Part shown: positions 57,401-62,618 of the stretch, piece after piece
Position numbering within the stretch: the stretch's first letter is position 1
How the letters are laid out: every line of letters starts with the position of its first letter
From: a virus
Lineage: Duplodnaviria > Caudoviricetes
Length of the DNA stretch: 62,618 nt
IMG/VR virus record: IMGVR_UViG_3300025151_000036
Location: 1-62,618 of that record
Direction: 5' to 3' (one strand)
Program-made: the position numbers and the translations under genes
The notes under the pieces: generated by a model
The model's input: only the letters and a program-made list of their open reading frames with translations
Told to the model about the DNA's origin: nothing
Database searches by the model: none

Positions 57401-57774
57401 GATCCTGTATAAAAATTTTGAGGTCCAGATTGAAGAGTATCAAATCCATTTTCAACTAACTTGATAAAGACAAAATGATTAGGATCAAATCCAGCTGATG
57501 ATGTTGTTTCAATTCGAAAATAATCAGCTGGTGCTACTAAACTGCCGGCATCTAATTCTGTTACATGATCGACAGATGATGGCGATGATGCAGATATTCC
57601 AGATCCAGATCCAGCAAAGAATACAGCGCCGGCTAATCCTGTAAGTCCAGAACCATCTCCTATAAATTTTGTCGCAGTTACATTACCGGTAACTTGAATA
57701 CCGCTCTGGAATGTAGCAGGAGAGCTTCCTGATTGTATCCATACACTACTTGTAAATTTATGAGTTCCAGCCAT
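45454..57774 (-). CDS. giant repetitive virion protein (4106 aa; about 15 x ~175-aa repeats)
   Basis: Recurrent ETETxGYS...RxVLYG...SQSVxRFR...ITEPxGP...YTSSW units; inserted MAM-like and discoidin-like domains. Confidence 0.8.
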   Translation of the reverse strand: MAGTHKFTSSVWIQSGSSPATFQSGIQVTGNVTATKFIGDGSGLTGLAGAVFFAGSGSGISASSPSSVDHVTELDAGSLVAPADYFRIETTSSAGFDPNHFVFIKLVENGFDTLQSGPQNFYTGSDRTVPPDTAGVKPFTNDLASGVHRYIVYATNTGSAGETHAVYTSAFIKGYVNVEPTIVAPSQSFGVVQIGHDQNSLTHILHFTESFEPNQGEGDYIRVFSASRSTSDPGTPSTTTAAYDLTMKHHQLNIADSDNLIATGSVDPTNPTAVYGAGPLSSPIPNSVLAFTASISNYDVTNGNTIHAESIQPREERFTITLFDNWYVDHSSSLEYSMSIVPPNTASISNIRAHIESGSFTGIGTDTFSTPILYDDTATRTSKDGLHPRYTASLVRVSVMADITEPTDYEPDGTHFTEIKLNDTGDTNNALHYKTFRFSGSTATGLFRATASAFGANFDFTNVTESLGFSPIQYTVGTSEIKNFSGDTRNNLRHGTYDHISDAPQGPTTTLTVTPVPNIEISNVRVEVESGSFLTGVGAFERTASVLYGYTSSLRIAETSSLEGYEKTAEYISESVVRVRLLATITEPFGPHHAEMNSTLHCSDLQGGIHTRTFAFYTGSTETASSAIVYDDQDRLVGNYTSSWIDFNLIPGTYNFSSTFNSDTNTGRNTDTGIYASVLVNATPATEITNIRYQTETSGYSEEPSYDALRTVLYGVPRHTLVNSESFASHTSASVYASHSVSRFRVLASIKEPFGPYHIASQFEKVWTAPGETPFNSVIHFSTGSTDTASSAIAYDSANRLLAHYTSSWIGRQLSSSINASKTWTYTSGSITHNPIDLSGFTTSSGQSTQLKVNDTAQVQISNRIQEFEEYGHSASNAIDSGVTNTVRTVLYGSNRTTLANSSSLEGHPRKSAYASQSVSRIRMRTRITEPVGPRVGSVQFIGVFNTNRTLTAHTSSDDFESIYYAYDSQKRLVAHYTESWHGESISLDSPGVDKTVTAVFIDDSTIPTSTFAGEENGIDKGMPTPATMIIRDTVPTEITNVRYETETHGYSGEPSTNTTRKVLYGVAHHTNKDSSSYATHASASLYASQSVTQFRVLATITEPVGPLHTASRFEKVWTALNESQITDVIHFNSASTDTASSAIAYDSSNRLVAHYTSSWIGKELTSNNFVTGEQWKYTSGSILHEPTNENGFTTASGNSTTITVYDTQPTVFSNFKTETETHGYSKEPSQNAIRDVLYGVNAQTIIDSSSFAGHVNADTYASQSVSRFRMLARITEPVGPLQHIASIVEKTFAMSNVVQGGKTDTIIFSTESIGFESSHSYWTTLGEFVTEYTSSWIGESLTTTSDAKGEMPWSISTGSVTHNPPGENSADSSSFTATFVTVRNTDNTTIDNIIYETETFGHSYTGSTNAMRTVLYGDPHVTNIDSSSFDGHDSASLYVSHSVTRFRVRARITEPAGPLHTASRFDQVWSDNSEIINSVIHFQTASNDLLTQSLHYDSTKRLIVNYTSSWIGQQLSSNEGAPKTWTYTSGSILHTPTGEPGFITASGESTQLIVNDTAQVKIEKIFWETETHGYSNIETSNSTRTVLYGNDKTTDINSSSYANHPNSGSYASQSVSRVRFRARVTEPIGPAVNKLRAEFTYGTTTTNFEIQTGSIENGGTSSSLYIDNKLVTFYTSSFIGREFDTIAGDQKTHNLTGKFIELTSGENGLIQEDETNGSIIVHDTAPTQISDIKYETETFGYSDIPSTSTIRRILYGDKQVTNTGTGSNESGEDWASHTSASLYASHSVTRFRVRAKITEPVGTLHTASRFERVWQTGSVPIMTDVIHFSTASTDTASSAIAYDSSNRLVVDYTSEWKGVGLSSSIYVKDDNVNGQAWTYTSGSILHTPTGETGFTTASGQSSTIIVYDTQPTQFTNVALETETHGYSNISTTSGSRKVLYGVPHHTLATTESLYWSGSAKASLYASQSVTRFRIFATIIEPMGPYHTGSIIRQEFTPKSLGEPVKIENMSTPEVSIINVNSINAGSPENAFINGQSYETNVASHEMQIVFAEPQMIARVEFDLSDPANVSPIEIQASFDNIFYEEIQNIIGNTITPNRSYRYFKILFHNTSDIFINDIEFYRLNFIDSIIYHNTVFSLDTYNEAIVSSQSYFDNLTRKVSTYTSSYFGVQLSSSNVDDIARWQYRPSQIIHSPIDNSAISFASASRTSSLNVYATAAPKYENYKTETETFGYSGEPIQNTVRTVLYGNNQATDINSSSYANHPNSGSYASQSVSRFRTKVTITEPVGPLVHTASISQLLFTGGTQKSQNMIFGTQSIDMVVKNSSFNTLGEFITEYTSSWVTKSLESGNSETTWTIQNNFVAHVPVGETNPTNANSSATTMTVRNTAPTEITNVRYETETHGYSGEPSTNTTRKVLYGDQYYTCTGSASFAGHTNADTYASQSVTRFRILATITEPVGPLHTASRFDKTWTSPGVTTGESGTYHYLDVESFEDFSAGNISTTGPGQFRNVGDAGAVWKVDYNGASSNTGPARGLSPNATSSNAESSTANQRYAHTEASNHTNKVFTLRTPQLNLDQNTTNEKLVLYFVVHGSTTSAEPLKIYHGTSADSDSGITELDYKYFNGSDMVDGPITGNTHSGLASSNYDANTRFTGQYYRLECDISSLRNTGNFYLYISSLSGTSYTSDVAVDNIHVIGDEAAGLGTVLSESIHFSSASVNTTASSDIAYDSSNRLVSHYTSSWLGKSLYASLEGEPATSTVWTYTSGTISHEPENENSFTIGDVNDVNITVYDTVNTIIHKMQIETETVGHSGIGIQNSIQANHSAVTRSILYGETVSFANSASFEGLNSVFAEKSVTRFRILAKIEEPLGPHHTGSMIAYNKQPSVTVATGDGLGEYIIFSTSSTQTASSNVAYDTNTKHLISSYTSSWYGESLSPSRVLSDGYWAIEIDTVNNVLHNPKDDSGVTKASPDNLYMVVSASKPIQVATTFETETFYSSSVNTSFRQENILYGFNRTLSASDANTIGDIWSGSAAIRLQPTVTITEPLGFRHFTTEVTMSNNTGPENKSRAYKFHTASLETASRSERVLNTTTGEHVTTYVGSYTDGFTFAEGTYGFAIATNRTGSDVTGIYMDSDGIEFGAPNDCTIQISNTPPTEITNIRIEAETFSGSRVGTVSRATTILHGNTVTETDHTANTGYPNTTAKQQLTSVRLLADIAEPFGPHHTASIFTIAGYGGSHTVRLHTGSADIASILSQQMYNTHGSSSVAYTSSFIPIQTTPGEKTLNINNIQHEFENNKSSDELSHAILAVTGSPTASVFVTPTLTNVYWSSSVDIDKYVTYNKASNLVVGIISGISASAPTITSESVLTFPDHLNILYKETDPDLDFSPVNANASGQDTGSLTIYNSYMDDYTKVEYFTINVSGSDILPGSGSSGNSPLTFAVIPAKPQSMEGKYWGAAGAGSHNTTGIVYSATGISVPSVDGNTRRLYRATLPEGFENNNYKSNEPAGTVVDNIVMAKDTETGPTNYSMSFNPFTPASTGNYGDNNRLFDFGDSGSLIVKINGRVVVNYDLSSSFIPSWKESPQPIYNIWPDQGTASFAAPNGDHLHSGKGRLIITQVRPFNGVSQSIHNAGTFYRHGYQGWSARIEIDDKLYDGYNRLDFTHSFSDDKPNQHWQPFEWYYDDNTTLPITRATATASYSTTGTEPTFSLSGVSFFEKGQDVNITLKDAFTGIVGSTYPDKANTIMETTPDSVLLFAGSNLATDHNLTTDSGLNFGTDGDLLPSVNDSASFDTTIKDLSSGNTVSPTGDIRAVSIKHFSRNYSAANSFDKDATGTEINLGRFIDSDNRSGFQASTDEHEYFWSEDYRWDKNTIDTLSTSNDPGGLGYSGNQTKNNFAWWTGSAFADYNSNANISDTTDLQVAWYGSLIYPNTDYVTSIPTLIDYSNATGDRYYYRGFYIGKKGNNSALQITIVGNFDRADLYADDIDGEGTQAHYDGLPIRIDVKIPGGIAGVSDTETPGTDWATATGGSGDEGSRGSPSEPNWSSLLAFGVSEYEVTSNSGVNTHIIRMSFGTWNTSLTRGTVLSRIRIKSSATNLNITSFKIEDTSI

Positions 57775-58257
57775 TTATATTAAATCCGGATTAATTATAA
57801 CTGTTGCACCTGCAGTAACTGTCTCTTTTGATGCAGTACTCATTGCTAATAATAAATATTCATGCACCCCAGTACCTAGGTTTTGTAACAATGTTTTAGG
57901 AGATTCTAAACCGTTTTTAGTTCCTGCATAATCTGATTGTTCTACCCATCCATTTGATTCCAATTTTAAAAATGTAAAATGGTTAAATGTGCCATTAGAA
58001 GCAGATGTGGATAATAAAATTGTTTGGTTGCCTCCGGTACCGGTAATCCAATTTCCATACGTTGGTGGATTACTCAATGATTCAGATCCAAAGAATAAAT
58101 TTGTAGTTGATACTCCAAAATTTAAATTAGTAAGTAATGCACCATTACCTATAAATTTACCAGTAACAACTCCAGATGATGATACTCCGGATTGAAATGT
58201 TGCCGGTGTAGATCCAGAATGAGAAAAAGATCCAGAAAATTTATGTATACCAGCCAT
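57775..58257 (-). CDS. 160-aa paralogue of the N-terminal domain of the 4106-aa protein
   Basis: Shared MAGxHKF, SGS.PATFQSG, KFIG.G, NHF.F.KL..NG, L..GVH.Y. Confidence 0.8.
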   Translation of the reverse strand: MAGIHKFSGSFSHSGSTPATFQSGVSSSGVVTGKFIGNGALLTNLNFGVSTTNLFFGSESLSNPPTYGNWITGTGGNQTILLSTSASNGTFNHFTFLKLESNGWVEQSDYAGTKNGLESPKTLLQNLGTGVHEYLLLAMSTASKETVTAGATVIINPDLI

Positions 58258-60182
58258 TACATTTTCCTTATCATTGCCTTGATAGATCCTCCAGATAAAT
58301 TTGTTTCTAATGATTGTGCAATTATTTTTCCAAATAATTGCTGTTCATATATTTTATCTGGCGGAATGGCCATACCATATCCTATTCGATTACTAGTAAT
58401 AATATAATCGCCTTCATAAACAGCGCCATCTACTAAAACAGGTTCTGCTCCCATTACTACTGGATAATCAGAACCGGTGCTTGCTACACCCATAACCAAT
58501 GCATCTCCTTTGGTATCACATGGTACCATTTGACCGGCTTTTGAGACCAGTACAGTACCAGTTTGTAGTTGGCTTATACCAGTAGTTTCTAAATTAATCT
58601 CATGTATACCACCAAAGAACGTATTGGTTGCAAAGACCGCATTCCATTTTTTTGTTGACGTGCCTAATGTATATTCATCATCATTGCCTGGTATAACATC
58701 TGCAAATAATGTAACATCTTGAGTTACTGTACTACCAGATACAGTTAAAGATCCGGTAATAACTGCATTTCCTTCGAAAGGAAATCCTGCACCAGTCCCG
58801 CTTCCACCACCGCCGCCATAACTACCAGTATGATATATTCTTCCGGTACCAGCATCATACATTAACGTTTTTAAATCAGTACTAGAATTTAAAGATGCAC
58901 TAAAATATAATGGGCCACTTCCACTTATAATATTAGACACTATCAAATCACCTTTTATACGACCTTGATCGGCGTTAATAGTACCAGACGCTGATATATT
59001 TGAAGCTGTTATTTGACCAAATATACGATTAGCAGTCGTTGATTCTAATGATACTATTCGCGTACTGAGCGATGTCGAAACTTCTGTAAATGAACCTGAT
59101 ATTCCGTTTTTAGTTAAACTTCTTATAACTGATGCATTAGATCCTAATGATTGAGATATAGATGTTCTGGTTAAACTTCTTATAACTGATGCATTAGATC
59201 CTAATGATTGAGATATAGCTGTGCTAGTAAAAGGTAAAAGATCTACTCCATTTAATTGTATACCACTACCAGATATAAATACAGATCCAGTAAATTGATG
59301 ATTATCATCAGATGTGTTACCTATACGAGATGATCCGCTAGCAAATATAACAGATGATGTTACAAATTCAGTATGGAATTCTTCTGCTGTTATTTTACCA
59401 GTAACAGTTAAATTGCCTACTAACGTATCAGTTGTATTTAATAGATATGAACTAGTAGCAGATATTAATGATGTTATATTAGTTTTATTAGTTGTTATTC
59501 GAGACTGTAACGAATGACTAACTGCATTAAATGCTCCAGATATTTCTGTGGCAATTTGAGCAGAGCCTGATACCAATGTATTATTTAACTCAGATTCAGC
59601 AGATGATAATCTGCTTTGTAATGAATGACTAACTGTATTAAATGCACCTGATATTTCAGATGCAATTTGAACAGAGCCTGATATTATATTTGCTGAATGT
59701 ATTACAGTTGTAACGGCTGCATCTGTATATCCTACCTTTGCTTCGTTTACAACAATTCTACTTTGTAATGAATGACTGGCATCTGTAAATGCTCCGGAGA
59801 TTTCAGATGCAATTTGAACAGATCCTGATACGGTACCGGTATGTATATGTTCTTCTGTTGATTCTAATGTTACTAACCGTGCCGATATTGATGATGATGC
59901 ATTATAAAATGCTCCAGATATTTCAGATGCAATTTGAGCAGAGCCTGATACCAATGTATTATTTAACTCAGATTCAGCAGATGATAATCTGCTTTGTAAT
60001 GAATGACTGGCATCGGCAAATGCTCCGGAAATAGCAGATTTATATGCAAAAGATCCAGTTTCATTAGATGTAATTATTTTTATTTTATTACCAGAACCGT
60101 CAGCAAATTCACCAGACTCGTGTTGAACTAGCCGTTGAAATGTATCTCTTATTCTTTGGCCAGATAAGTTATCGAGAGCCAT
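58257..60182 (-). CDS. fibre protein with coiled-coil repeats (641 aa)
   Basis: EISGAF repeats; H.FTGS and FPFEG modules; C-terminal PVLVDGAVYEGDYIITS...GKIIAQSLE domain. Confidence 0.75.
   Translation of the reverse strand: MALDNLSGQRIRDTFQRLVQHESGEFADGSGNKIKIITSNETGSFAYKSAISGAFADASHSLQSRLSSAESELNNTLVSGSAQIASEISGAFYNASSSISARLVTLESTEEHIHTGTVSGSVQIASEISGAFTDASHSLQSRIVVNEAKVGYTDAAVTTVIHSANIISGSVQIASEISGAFNTVSHSLQSRLSSAESELNNTLVSGSAQIATEISGAFNAVSHSLQSRITTNKTNITSLISATSSYLLNTTDTLVGNLTVTGKITAEEFHTEFVTSSVIFASGSSRIGNTSDDNHQFTGSVFISGSGIQLNGVDLLPFTSTAISQSLGSNASVIRSLTRTSISQSLGSNASVIRSLTKNGISGSFTEVSTSLSTRIVSLESTTANRIFGQITASNISASGTINADQGRIKGDLIVSNIISGSGPLYFSASLNSSTDLKTLMYDAGTGRIYHTGSYGGGGGSGTGAGFPFEGNAVITGSLTVSGSTVTQDVTLFADVIPGNDDEYTLGTSTKKWNAVFATNTFFGGIHEINLETTGISQLQTGTVLVSKAGQMVPCDTKGDALVMGVASTGSDYPVVMGAEPVLVDGAVYEGDYIITSNRIGYGMAIPPDKIYEQQLFGKIIAQSLETNLSGGSIKAMIRKM
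59113..59218. repeat. 57-bp-period tandem duplication (ISQSLGSNASVIRSLT x2)
   Basis: 49 identical bp in each copy. Confidence 0.9.
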
Positions 60183-60193
60183 CTACATAACCT

Positions 60194-60757
60194 TTATTTT
60201 TTATATAAACCTTTGAGAACTCCTTTAATAACTTCTCGTTGTTTAGTCTCTGTCAAAGGTTTATATTTTCTATACGTTGCAACTATTTTATTTAATCGAT
60301 CTTTCTTAACATTTAAATTATTAATATTAATATTTTCACGTACTAATAATTTTAAAATATTTTTAACATGATCAACTTCTTGGTCTGTAATCTGTTGTTT
60401 AATATTTGATATTTGTACTTTATCTTCTTTTATAATAGTCGGCGTTTTTTGTGTACGTACTTCAACTGTCACTTGTTTGCTAGCCTGAATATCAAAATCT
60501 GATTGCCATGGCGTAAAATATGTATCTTCTGCAATAACTTCTAAACGTATATTACCTTTTGTACTTTCATCTATAAGTCCTTTAAGTTTACGTATAGGAA
60601 TTTCACATTTACCATCTTTGGAAATTTTTCCATTAAACATTAAACTATAATCAGATGTTTCAACAACTAATCGTGCAGTTGATCTAGATAAACTTGCGCC
60701 TTCTATTTTTATATCACATTCAAATAGTTCTGGTTTATCAGTATATAATTTATACAT
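60194..60757 (-). CDS. hypothetical protein (187 aa), beta-rich N-domain and helical C-domain
   Basis: Coding-strand ORF overlapping the upstream gene by 8 nt. Confidence 0.75.
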   Translation of the reverse strand: MYKLYTDKPELFECDIKIEGASLSRSTARLVVETSDYSLMFNGKISKDGKCEIPIRKLKGLIDESTKGNIRLEVIAEDTYFTPWQSDFDIQASKQVTVEVRTQKTPTIIKEDKVQISNIKQQITDQEVDHVKNILKLLVRENININNLNVKKDRLNKIVATYRKYKPLTETKQREVIKGVLKGLYKK

Positions 60758-61097
60758 GTATATTCTCCACTGTTAAATCTATTCCTAATACTTCTTTTGC
60801 TACTAATTTTACATCTTCCGCCGTTATTTCAATATCATCACGAATTGATTTTTGACCAGAATATGTTTCAATTCCTTTAACTTTACAAATTAAACGTATA
60901 TATCTACGTTTCTTTTCCGGTTCAATTTTATCATACCATTGGATATCATCGCCATCGGAAAAATGGTCCATCATATCATTTGCGTCCCACCAATTCTCCC
61001 ATGTATATGGTTGGTTATCCCATTCTGCTAGGCCAACGTTTTTCCATCGCATTGGCCCACCAATATCTTTAGGATATATAGAACTGTTGATACTCAT
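60750..61097 (-). CDS. hypothetical Trp-rich protein (115 aa)
   Basis: First gene after a class II motif. Confidence 0.7.
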   Translation of the reverse strand: MSINSSIYPKDIGGPMRWKNVGLAEWDNQPYTWENWWDANDMMDHFSDGDDIQWYDKIEPEKKRRYIRLICKVKGIETYSGQKSIRDDIEITAEDVKLVAKEVLGIDLTVENIHV

Positions 61098-61101
61098 TTT
61101 A

Positions 61102-61110
61102 TATAAATAT
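61102..61110 (-). promoter_or_regulatory. Class II motif ATATTTATA
   Basis: 4 nt upstream of ATG 61097. Confidence 0.6.
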
Positions 61111-61115
61111 ACTCA

Positions 61116-61781
61116 TTAATGATAACCGTTCAATAATTCTAATAAATCATCAATTGCTCCATGTCTATGTGAATCTTCTAGTACAGTTTTAAATACATAT
61201 TTTGAATTAGTTAATTTTGACATATCATGATAAGCTGAATAATTTTTATCTTTTAAATCAATCTGATATGAATCGCCGCAAAAAATCATTTTAGAATCTT
61301 TACCTAATCTACCAATTGCCATGGCTAATTGAGACCGAGTTAAATTTTGAAATTCATCTACAATAACTACCGCATTATCAAATGTACGTCCACGGAAATG
61401 TGCTAACGAACATAATTCAATTGATTCATTTTTTTCCATAGATTCTAATTTATCTGGTTTATTATACACTTTTCGCATATTAGACCGAATAGGTACTAGC
61501 CATGGTTCCATTTTTTCTTTTTCTGATCCTGGTAAGAAACCGTTATCTTCTGTTGCAATTGTTGGCCGAGTAATTACTATTTTATTATACTGGCGTTTAA
61601 AAAATTGATCTAAAGCTACTTGTACTGCTAATAATGTTTTTCCGGAACCTGCTTTACCGACAATAAAATTGAACGGATGTTCTAAAATTTGTGTTTTAGC
61701 TTTTTTCTGTTCTTCTGATAATGATAATGAAAACCGAACTGCACCTTTTGGTGGAGTTTTTTCTGTATTTGATTTTGCCAT
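61116..61781 (-). CDS. phoH: PhoH family ATPase
   Basis: GKAGSGKT, ITRP, GFLPG...EKMEPW, RGRTF, DEFQN, RLG..SK...GD..QID. Confidence 0.95.
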   Translation of the reverse strand: MAKSNTEKTPPKGAVRFSLSLSEEQKKAKTQILEHPFNFIVGKAGSGKTLLAVQVALDQFFKRQYNKIVITRPTIATEDNGFLPGSEKEKMEPWLVPIRSNMRKVYNKPDKLESMEKNESIELCSLAHFRGRTFDNAVVIVDEFQNLTRSQLAMAIGRLGKDSKMIFCGDSYQIDLKDKNYSAYHDMSKLTNSKYVFKTVLEDSHRHGAIDDLLELLNGYH

Positions 61782-61809
61782 CTCGTGACCCCTTTAGTTA
61801 ACTATTTTA

Positions 61810-61818
61810 TATAAATAT
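61810..61818 (-). promoter_or_regulatory. Class II motif ATATTTATA
   Basis: 28 nt upstream of phoH, just after a terminator. Confidence 0.65.
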
Positions 61819-61826
61819 GTAACAGT

Positions 61827-61853
61827 GAAAGAGCCGGCTATAAACCGACTCCC
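61827..61853 (-). terminator. probable intrinsic terminator after the AAA+ gene
   Basis: GAGTCGG...CCGGCTC hairpin (G.U pair valid on the minus strand) followed by TTTC; short U tract. Confidence 0.6.
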
Positions 61854-61864
61854 ACAACAACACA

Positions 61865-62605
61865 CTAACAACCCATTACTTGTTCCGCTACCATTTGTCT
61901 CCAATTTGGAAATCCCATTTGACGAATTCTAATTGCTTTAATTAATGACCGGAAATTTAATTCAACATTATCAAATTTCTTAAATGCTGATTTCAAAGCA
62001 CTTAAAGCATCTTTTTTAATTTTCATATCTTTAATTTCTGGCTCAATTGCTGGAAGTAATTCTGCCATTCTTTTTATCATTTGTTCCGGAGTTAATGTAA
62101 TATCTAAAACAAATGCACGACTACGAATTGCACTATCCACTTTATTAATTGGTAAATTAGATATAAAAATTATCTTACCAGTAAATTCAAAAGATCTAGG
62201 AAGCATTTCACCATCCGAATCTTTAAGAGGCTTAGCTGACATCCAACTAATAACACGTTTATCGTAACTATCTAAAGCACCTTTCAATAAGTTAACACCA
62301 TCTTGATCTTTAAAGACTGAATCGCAATCATCAAATATAATTAGTTTATCACTATTTTCAAACAATGTAATAAACATACCCGCTGCAGTACAACGTCCTT
62401 TTACATGTACAAAATCAATTCCTTCTTCAAAATCAACATCTGCTAATGTTCTTGTAATATTAAATGTCTTTCCTAATCCTGGCATTCCGGTAACAACTAA
62501 TGATGGAGAAACTCCGGCTGCTACCATTTTTGTCAAATTATTCATATCATCAAACATTGCCGATGGACGTTTCTTTTCTTGGAAAGATTTAAAATTCATT
62601 TTCAT
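61865..62605 (-). CDS. AAA+ ATPase
   Basis: Walker A GMPGLGKT, Walker B LIIFDDCD, sensor IFISN, arginine finger AIRSR; frame is open to the window edge, so the true start may lie further upstream. Confidence 0.85.
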   Translation of the reverse strand: MKMNFKSFQEKKRPSAMFDDMNNLTKMVAAGVSPSLVVTGMPGLGKTFNITRTLADVDFEEGIDFVHVKGRCTAAGMFITLFENSDKLIIFDDCDSVFKDQDGVNLLKGALDSYDKRVISWMSAKPLKDSDGEMLPRSFEFTGKIIFISNLPINKVDSAIRSRAFVLDITLTPEQMIKRMAELLPAIEPEIKDMKIKKDALSALKSAFKKFDNVELNFRSLIKAIRIRQMGFPNWRQMVAEQVMGC

Positions 62606-62618
62606 GTTTTTGGTTTTT

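Noticed and set aside
822-60034. Plus-strand ORFs in the track (for example 9498-10157, 27331-27948, 53609-53986) and short nested minus-strand ORFs
   Set aside because: They lie wholly within or across convincing minus-strand genes and have no recognisable motifs; they look like shadow ORFs
1-62618. Stop-codon reassignment
   Set aside because: Very long ORFs are intact in the standard code, and TAA, TAG and TGA all end genes at sensible boundaries
1-62618. tRNA, rRNA, introns, inteins, integrase or transposase
   Set aside because: Intergenic gaps are mostly under 100 nt and I saw no such signatures; not verified computationally

Overview
AT-rich segment of a large T4-like (myovirus) phage genome. 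All credible genes are on the minus strand, in standard code. In transcription order (right to left): an AAA+ ATPase, PhoH, a ~43 kb cluster of fibre/decoration genes (including 4106-aa and 3701-aa giants), neck proteins (gp13/14/15-like), tail sheath and tube, a gp26-like/gp51-like assembly pair joined by a T7 slippery site, tape measure, baseplate proteins, a shortened family A DNA polymerase, a PD-(D/E)xK-like protein and small L-x-E-bearing proteins. Two promoter classes are visible: 13 copies of ATATTTAT(A/T) just upstream of genes (putative late), and 3 copies of a Bacteroidota-like TT(T/A)G-N20-TATATT promoter with a fixed TGAAA box. The strongest unexplained signal is a pervasive [S/T]-x-S tripeptide (SGS/TGS/SAS/TAS). 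It is dense in probably surface-exposed virion proteins and in the sheath outer region, and I found none in the tube, sheath core or PolA. This is a candidate sequon for a virion modification (for example glycosylation) system. All calls come from reading motifs by eye; no searches were run.
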